The notes beneath the pieces were generated by a model. It worked only from the letters and a program-made list of their open reading frames with translations. It was not told where the DNA came from and did not search any database. From assembly GCA_044356455.1 (NCBI GenBank), contig JBIKWF010000070.1, forward strand, positions 1-21,460: a stretch of 21,460 nt of DNA. The letters are read 5' to 3'. Within the stretch, counting starts at the first letter, position 1; each line of letters opens with the position of its first letter. Shown one piece after another: positions 1 to 5,139 of this stretch. Both the position numbers and the translations under genes were made by a program. Origin of the DNA: Bdellovibrionota bacterium (GTDB lineage Bacteria > Bdellovibrionota_C > UBA2361 > JBGSMV01).

Positions 1-121
1 CTTGCAGCACTCTAGGGAGTTCGGAGCCTTGTAGGGCGTATGAGCAATAGGGGCTAGGTGGGCTGTCCCGTTGCCACCACAACATGTAGTGGTCGGAACT
101 TTCTACGGGATAGACTCCTAA
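1..121 (+). mobile_element. Family A MITE-like element, long form, right part only (cut by window start)
   Basis: Bases 1-70 are identical to 2592-2661. Ends in TTTCTACGGGATAGACTCC-TAA, matching the right terminal inverted repeat of the copies at 2443-2712 and 4923-5039. Confidence 0.85.
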
Positions 122-277
122 CCCTTGTAACCCTAATCGACAAATCGGCAGAAAAGTTACTTAGAAACCACACCGAAATTTGAGTTTCGGAAGAGAACAA
201 ATTGAGCCAGCGGATGCCCCCTGTGGTCGCACTGCTGCTCATAACCGTTGAGAGCGCAGTCCCTAAGCGTCGCAGCT

Positions 278-640
278 CTAGGCCTCAACTCGCAAAGCCC
301 GCCGGCAATGCTCACACACTTCAGAAAAAGGAAACGTAGCTGTACGTTTAAAGATAGCGACGGAGCTCCGGCAATAGGGACACGTGCCTGTTCCTTTCTC
401 AATAAAACTAGTCACCGCAAAGGCACGGAATACAAGGAAGGCAGTAATCAAAAGTCCAAAGGGTACAAGCACGAAGTGCAGTATTGGAATAAAGACTGAG
501 GCGCAGGTGAATATCACTCCTACGCCGCCCCTGATAATAGCCTTGAGGTAGCGTTGACCGGGGCTCAGAAGCGCCACGGAAACTTGGCCTTCCCCTACTC
601 GCCCTTCGGTGCCAACAAGTGAAATTTTTCTCTCTTCCAA
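278..640 (-). CDS. Small membrane protein with two hydrophobic helices and a C-terminal CxxC...CxxC zinc ribbon
   Basis: 120-aa ORF with TTG start preceded by AAAGGGG. Hydrophobic stretch GGVGVIFTCASVFIPILHFVLVPFGLLITAFLVF, then CPYC and CEHC. Confidence 0.7.
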   Translation of the reverse strand: MEERKISLVGTEGRVGEGQVSVALLSPGQRYLKAIIRGGVGVIFTCASVFIPILHFVLVPFGLLITAFLVFRAFAVTSFIEKGTGTCPYCRSSVAIFKRTATFPFSEVCEHCRRALRVEA

Positions 641-913
641 CGAGCCACACCCCTTTCAAATGTTCGAGGATCACAAATTCAGCTTTTCAGGCACTTCGTC
701 CTTAAGCCTTTTTGCCGCGCGGCGCCAAGAGCGGTACGCAGGAGCCACCCGGGAAGAAGAGGCTGAGCCGAATCCCCCCCCTATGGTTAGAATTCTACTC
801 AACGACCACGCCTTTTGAAAGAAATTCCAAAGACTTGCAGGCTCTCTGACAACCCACCCGCAATTCTGGCCATAACGACTCAATACTCGCTTAGCTTTCT
901 CTAATTTGAGAAA

Positions 914-2446
914 GTGGCTGCCCCGGCGCCTAGGACGAAATGGCTGAGCATGACGCACGTAACACTTACTACTAAGAATGCATCTCCCACAGGTTCTAGA
1001 GAGCCTGCAGGCGCATCTCGTCCGGATACGCATGACGCACTTTGCGTTCCTCCCTCATGGAAGTGCGAACTACCGCGTTCACCTCAGACACTCGCTGAAA
1101 TGGTAGAGAAAGACTTCGCCGCGGAAAGAAAGAGACCTAAAGGCGGAAATCAGCCTAAAAATGTGCACCGATTAAGGGCTCAGCTGGCGAAGGCTCTTGG
1201 CGGTATGCCGCTCTCGAAGCAAGGACTTCTTGGGGCTTATGTACAAAACATGTGCGCCGTATTGCACCTTCATGGTTACTGCGCAAAGACAGTAGCAGCT
1301 TCCCCAGAGCTCCAAACCGTACTCGCCACTCAGTTACGCAAAGATTTTGATAGGATCGTAGAACTCAAGATCGGAAAAACAGCCATTGCCGAGCGCGCAC
1401 ATCTATGGACAGTTCCTCAGATAGAGCAGATGGTTACGAGCGCTCAGCGTTACTTTCAGCGTGAAGGCAAACGATCGTGCGCTCAAGGTATGATCGATGC
1501 TGTAATGCGCGGAGCGCACCCTTCCATGGATGCGCTGATTGAAGCGCATGCGGAGCTCGAAAAGAAAGCTCAAGCTAACTTTGGGAAAGACCCTGCCACG
1601 GCGAGGGTAATGCGCTCTGCTATCTCTATTGCCCTCAAACGACCCAGCAGAACGCTCGATTCAAGTCACGAGCGCTACACCACGGCGCTTGCCTGTGGCG
1701 AACAGATTGCCAAGCAGGACCGAGAATTTGCGCCCGTGGTAAGAACTATGGCCGGATTTGTTATGGACGGGCGCTTCGCTTCTATGCATGAGGCGCACCG
1801 GCGCTACACTGAGGTCCGTCTTACTGTTGAGAAATCCTTTGCACGCTGGAAAACTGGCAAGGACTTTGTGCGTTCTGCGACGCTCCTCATACTCAAAGGT
1901 CAATATGCTTCTCCTCTTGAAGTACGCAGAGGATGGAATGCCTGTCACAAAAATATGCTTGTAGAGGCGAAGCGGGACGTCCGCCTGAAACCTGCCGCGC
2001 GCACTCTTGCGGGATTACTACTCGCGGGGAGCTATAAATCTCCCAAAGTGATCGCGGACAAATATCTCACCGCCCTTGACGAAGCGACTCAGCTTTTTGG
2101 GAAGAACAGATTTGGGCGCACTTTTGCGCGAAACGCGGCTTCACTGGTGGTTCAAAAGCGATTTGGCTCGGCTCTTAAAGTTTGGGAGCGCTATCAACAG
2201 CTTTGTAAGGACGCGGACAGAGAAATCCCGCACTTACCTGAGGCGAGCGCCGTTCGTGGCTCACTTATCACCGTGGTGCTTCGAGGAGAATGTGATTCGC
2301 TACGCACCGCGCTTCAGCTTTTTGAGTCGTCTCTGTCAGTAGTGAAACAAACGAAAGCTGCTACGCGCTCCGGAAAAATGGGCGCACATGCAATCCAGGC
2401 CCTTAGAGCTCGAAAAAAGCTAGCAAGAGAGCAAGGAGCCAACTAG
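914..2446 (+). CDS. Hypothetical basic alpha-helical tandem-repeat protein (7 x 43 aa)
   Basis: 510-aa ORF (GTG 914; alternative ATG 950). Residues 189-489 align as 43-aa units without gaps. The TAG stop lies in the CTAG that opens the family A element. Confidence 0.85.
   Translation: MAAPAPRTKWLSMTHVTLTTKNASPTGSREPAGASRPDTHDALCVPPSWKCELPRSPQTLAEMVEKDFAAERKRPKGGNQPKNVHRLRAQLAKALGGMPLSKQGLLGAYVQNMCAVLHLHGYCAKTVAASPELQTVLATQLRKDFDRIVELKIGKTAIAERAHLWTVPQIEQMVTSAQRYFQREGKRSCAQGMIDAVMRGAHPSMDALIEAHAELEKKAQANFGKDPATARVMRSAISIALKRPSRTLDSSHERYTTALACGEQIAKQDREFAPVVRTMAGFVMDGRFASMHEAHRRYTEVRLTVEKSFARWKTGKDFVRSATLLILKGQYASPLEVRRGWNACHKNMLVEAKRDVRLKPAARTLAGLLLAGSYKSPKVIADKYLTALDEATQLFGKNRFGRTFARNAASLVVQKRFGSALKVWERYQQLCKDADREIPHLPEASAVRGSLITVVLRGECDSLRTALQLFESSLSVVKQTKAATRSGKMGAHAIQALRARKKLAREQGAN
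1478..2380 (+). repeat. Protein-level tandem repeat, seven 129-nt/43-aa units
   Basis: Units start at 1478, 1607, 1736, 1865, 1994, 2123 and 2252. Conserved R3, S/T/N4, G12, aromatic 14, S/T16 and aromatic/His 24. Confidence 0.8.
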
Positions 2447-2712
2447 GAGTGTGTCCCGTAGAAACATAAATCTTCATTCTGGACACAATCCGTAGCCGCC
2501 TTTTCACGCAGCAGTTCGGCCCGCGCCGAAATATGCGAAATGAAAAGGCGAGCTGAGCCCCTATTCGAGGAGATGTCTGCGCAATTGGCTACTTGCAGCA
2601 CTCTAGGGAGTTCGGAGCCTTGTAGGGCGTATGAGCAATAGGGGCTAGGTGGGCTGTCCCGCTGCCACCACAACAGTAAGTGGTGAGAGTTTTCTACGGG
2701 ACAGACTCCTAG
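2443..2712 (+). mobile_element. Family A MITE-like element, long form (270 bp) carrying a nested insert
   Basis: Terminal inverted repeats GGAGTGTGTCCCGTAGAAA (2446-2464) and TTTCTACGGGACAGACTCC (2691-2709), 18/19 match, with CTAG at both ends. No credible coding capacity. Confidence 0.85.
2493..2648 (+). mobile_element. Nested family C-type two-hairpin module inside family A
   Basis: 153 bp absent from the 117-bp copy at 4923-5039 and flanked by a TAG direct repeat (2493-2495, 2646-2648). Perfect 10-bp stems at 2497-2506/2541-2550 and 2556-2565/2637-2646. Right end is 15/17 identical to the family C right end (4910-4926). Confidence 0.7.
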
Positions 2713-2846
2713 GGAATCTCTGAAGAACTCTCCTCTATATATCTCTGCGCCCTCTGTGGTGAAATTTTCATCAAGAAATTCACCACAGAGGGCACGGAGG
2801 TGCACGGAGGCTCATTAGGAATTGAGGCTATCCAGAGGCTCCTTAG
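2709..2846 (+). mobile_element. Family B MITE-like element with central long palindrome
   Basis: CTAG-GGAATCTCTGAAGAA ... TCCAGAGGCTCC-TTAG. Perfect 15-bp stem GCCCTCTGTGGTGAA (2749-2763)/TTCACCACAGAGGGC (2779-2793). Homologous to 7867-8004 and 14938-15075. Confidence 0.8.
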
Positions 2847-2962
2847 GTTGTATCTGAAAACCAACGATTGGTAATCCCGCTACTTAGTGGTCTTTGTGTT
2901 CTTAGTGGTTGTTCCCAAAAACAACAACAAAAACTAAGAGAGCGTAGGCGGAGTTTGCTTAG
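2843..2962 (+). repeat. Diverged family B-like module with a different 9-nt-periodic core
   Basis: Bounded by TTAG on both sides. Left end contains TCTGAAAA; right end GAGTTTGCTTAG versus GAGTTTCCTTAG in the 14938-15075 copy. Core CTTAGTGGT-CTTTGTGTT-CTTAGTGGT partly pairs with AACAAC...ACTAAGA. Confidence 0.5.
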
Positions 2963-3372
2963 CGCCCTGAATTCGCCACATCAGCCAACAGCGCAATCGC
3001 CGCAGCATTAAAGTCGCGCTGCTTGCGCAAAGTGTCCTTGAGAAACACGCGCAGAATGGGAAACATCATCTTCTTTGCCGCCACAATCAGGGGACCTACC
3101 ACCGGGCGATGGGAGCTAATTTCTCGCGGAGGCGCAAGCTCCACTTCCCACAACTGGCATAAACGCCGCAGCTTCTCCAATCTCTCTTGAGAAATATGGA
3201 GGTTCTCGCGCACAGGCATGAAGTTTACGTCTCTTACGTAATGTTGATCTTCTTTTTTGAATTTTCCCGCAGCGACCTTTTGACTGACTTGGTGCTCTAA
3301 CCGCTGAGCCATCTCGGAGGAACTCTCGGTGCCAGGTGCAAATGATGACGAATCAAAAGACATCCAACTCAT
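2959..3372 (-). CDS. Hypothetical protein co-transcribed with the glycosyltransferase (surface-polysaccharide associated)
   Basis: 137-aa ORF starting 12 bp after the GT stop, with GAGG RBS. Motif ISSHRPVVGPLIVAAKK...LRKQRDFN resembles, from memory, amphipathic segments of polysaccharide-cluster methyl/glycosyltransferases. Confidence 0.75.
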   Translation of the reverse strand: MSWMSFDSSSFAPGTESSSEMAQRLEHQVSQKVAAGKFKKEDQHYVRDVNFMPVRENLHISQERLEKLRRLCQLWEVELAPPREISSHRPVVGPLIVAAKKMMFPILRVFLKDTLRKQRDFNAAAIALLADVANSGR

Positions 3373-3384
3373 AACGTTCCCTCT

Positions 3385-4515
3385 TTAGCCTCTATTCTTT
3401 GCAAGAGAAGTAAGCAAAGCTTCATAGCTGTCAGTAATTGCGTCCCAACTGAATAGTTCCTGCGCACGCGCCTTAGCCTGCTGCCCCATCTGAGAAACTT
3501 TCTGAGAATCCCCTAGCATTTCTTGCAGCAGGCTTGAAAGCATCTTGAAATCGTTCTTGGCGTAGTAACAGCCTGCCTCCCCTACTACCTCACGATGCTC
3601 AGGTACGTCATTAGCTATTACCGCATTGCCATAGGCCATTGCTTCTACGAGCGCCGGGTGGGTACCGCCTACCTCGGTAGCTTGAATGGTAAGATAGCAG
3701 TGAGACCGAAGCTCTTGATAGGCCTCCCCAAATTGAAATCCAGTAAATATCACTCCCTCACACGCGGCCTCCCTCAGCCGCCTTTTATACTCATCGGCAT
3801 AGGGAGCATCTCCCACCATCACAAGCGGCATAGTCCGCCGCTCCTTCGGGATGGCGCCGTAGGCTTCTATTACACCAAGCGCATTATTTTCCGGCTCAAA
3901 GCGACTCACATAGAGCAAATACTTTCCCGAGGTGAGGCTGAATTGCTCTAGTACCTTTCCCGGAGGACGGTGCACGGGCGTTGCGCCATAGGCAATTACG
4001 GAGGAATCAGCTCCAAAACACTCTTTATAGTAGCGCGCTATAACTTGAGCGTCGGCAACAATACGCGACGCGAACCACACGGAAGTCCGCTCACCTAGCT
4101 TATACCAAAGCTTTCCAAGACTGTTCCACTTGGAGCGCTCTCTTTCGATGCCGTCAACATTAATCGCAAGGGGGAGCCCCCTCAGCCGAATGAGCCAAGC
4201 AAACGGGCTGTTCGCCGCATTACATAGCAGCGCGACATCATGCTGGTGAAAAAAGAGGTCGAGGAAACTCATGAGAGCATGCAAAGGCGTCTCAAGATAC
4301 TTATGCATGACCGTGGGCACTACCCGGCGCGAGACGCCGCGATAGGGAGACTCCTCGGAAGTCTTCTCGCCGAATCTACGTCGGCCATAGACTGTTACCT
4401 TATGACCGCGCTCGACGAGCCTCGTAGAAAGCTCCTCCGCAAACGTCTCAAACCCGCCATAACGCGCCGGAATACCCCGTGTGCCCAAAAGTACAATCCG
4501 CAGACCCACTCGCAA
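3385..4515 (-). CDS. Glycosyltransferase family 4 (GT-B, DUF1972-type N-terminus)
   Basis: N-terminal GTRGIPARYGGFETFAEEL, INVDGIE, YVSRFEPENN and the GT4 signature EVGGTHPALVEAMAYG. Confidence 0.93.
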   Translation of the reverse strand: MRVGLRIVLLGTRGIPARYGGFETFAEELSTRLVERGHKVTVYGRRRFGEKTSEESPYRGVSRRVVPTVMHKYLETPLHALMSFLDLFFHQHDVALLCNAANSPFAWLIRLRGLPLAINVDGIERERSKWNSLGKLWYKLGERTSVWFASRIVADAQVIARYYKECFGADSSVIAYGATPVHRPPGKVLEQFSLTSGKYLLYVSRFEPENNALGVIEAYGAIPKERRTMPLVMVGDAPYADEYKRRLREAACEGVIFTGFQFGEAYQELRSHCYLTIQATEVGGTHPALVEAMAYGNAVIANDVPEHREVVGEAGCYYAKNDFKMLSSLLQEMLGDSQKVSQMGQQAKARAQELFSWDAITDSYEALLTSLAKNRG

Positions 4516-4623
4516 CCTTTTAGAAATTCAATGGTTTACTCAAGGTTAGCGGAGATAGCGAGAGAACTCAAAAGGCCTAGCGGCAATCCCTTTGGAGAGC
4601 CTGGGCCACAACGGGCGAGCAAA

Positions 4624-4678
4624 CTAGGCCGCGGCCGCCGAATGTAGCAGCAGTGATTCCTAGGAAACAGACTCCCAG
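4624..4678 (+). repeat. Degenerate remnant of a family A right end
   Basis: ...ATGTAGCAGCAGTGATTCCTAGGAAACAGACTCCCAG aligns with ...ATGTAGTGGTAGAATTTTTCTACGGGACAGACTCCTAG. Confidence 0.45.
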
Positions 4679-4699
4679 ATAACTCCCTTTCCCCAGATT

Positions 4700-4926
4700 C
4701 TAGCCGCTATATCTCACGGGATCCCTTCGGGTCCGTGAGATTATCGTTGGAAATCGGCCATCCGGGCCGATTTCCAACATCGCGCACCTGCGAGCGCCGC
4801 GAACACGGCGTCGCCCTCCGGTGCGCTCCAAATCGCGCCCTTCGGTCGCGATTTGCTAACGCCGTCCGGGCGTTAGCTAGCCGTCATTGCCCACAGCCCG
4901 TCGGGGCTGTGAGCAATAACGGCTAG
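4700..4926. repeat. Family C multi-hairpin element (six consecutive stem-loops), CTAG-bounded
   Basis: Ends CTAGCCGCTAT / ATAACGGCTAG. Stems at 4711-4741, 4746-4778 (14 bp perfect), 4782-4826, 4829-4855, 4856-4876 and 4877-4926. Confidence 0.75.
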
Positions 4927-5039
4927 GAGTGTGTCCCGTAGAAACATTAATCCTCATTTTGGACACAATCCGTAGGGGGGCTGTCCCGTTGCCACCACAA
5001 CATGTAGTGGTAGAATTTTTCTACGGGACAGACTCCTAG
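4923..5039 (+). mobile_element. Family A MITE-like element, short (empty) form, 117 bp
   Basis: Same terminal inverted repeats as 2443-2712 (4926-4944, 5018-5036), CTAG at both ends. Length equals the long form minus the 153-bp insert. Confidence 0.85.
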
Positions 5040-5139
5040 GGCGTGAAAGGGCACCTTTAAAACAATATGCAAAAAAGTGTTTGAGGATTTCGGTGGTTTA
5101 AGTATTGTTCCGTAGACTAGCGCTCCCGGAGCAACCTCC

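Noticed and set aside
671..1033. 120-aa minus-strand ORF upstream of the Zn-ribbon gene
   Set aside because: Overlaps the 510-aa gene head to head and has no recognisable motif; a shorter internal gene cannot be excluded.
2443..2805. 120-aa minus-strand ORF, and similar ORFs at 4947-5351, 54-242 and 7895-8086
   Set aside because: They are translations of the non-coding repeats (shared WWQRDSPP and TDCVQNED text comes from family A). No transposase motifs.
2443..2962. CRISPR array interpretation of the intergenic repeats
   Set aside because: No identical 25-45 bp repeats with regular unique spacers and no cas genes; the units have terminal inverted repeats and are dispersed.
4855..4877. Integron attC site (GCTAAC...GTTAGC)
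   Set aside because: Only 23 bp, lacks L boxes and extrahelical bases, does not follow a cassette ORF, and no integrase is present.
4700..4926. tRNA, tmRNA, SRP or RNase P gene
   Set aside because: No T-loop GTTCRA/D-loop cloverleaf or other hallmark motif recognised; the hairpins are serial rather than nested. An Rfam scan would be decisive.
5081..5108. Sigma-70 promoter TTGAGG-N16-TATTGT for the hybrid sensor
   Set aside because: Match too weak to distinguish from chance, and the gene start is uncertain.
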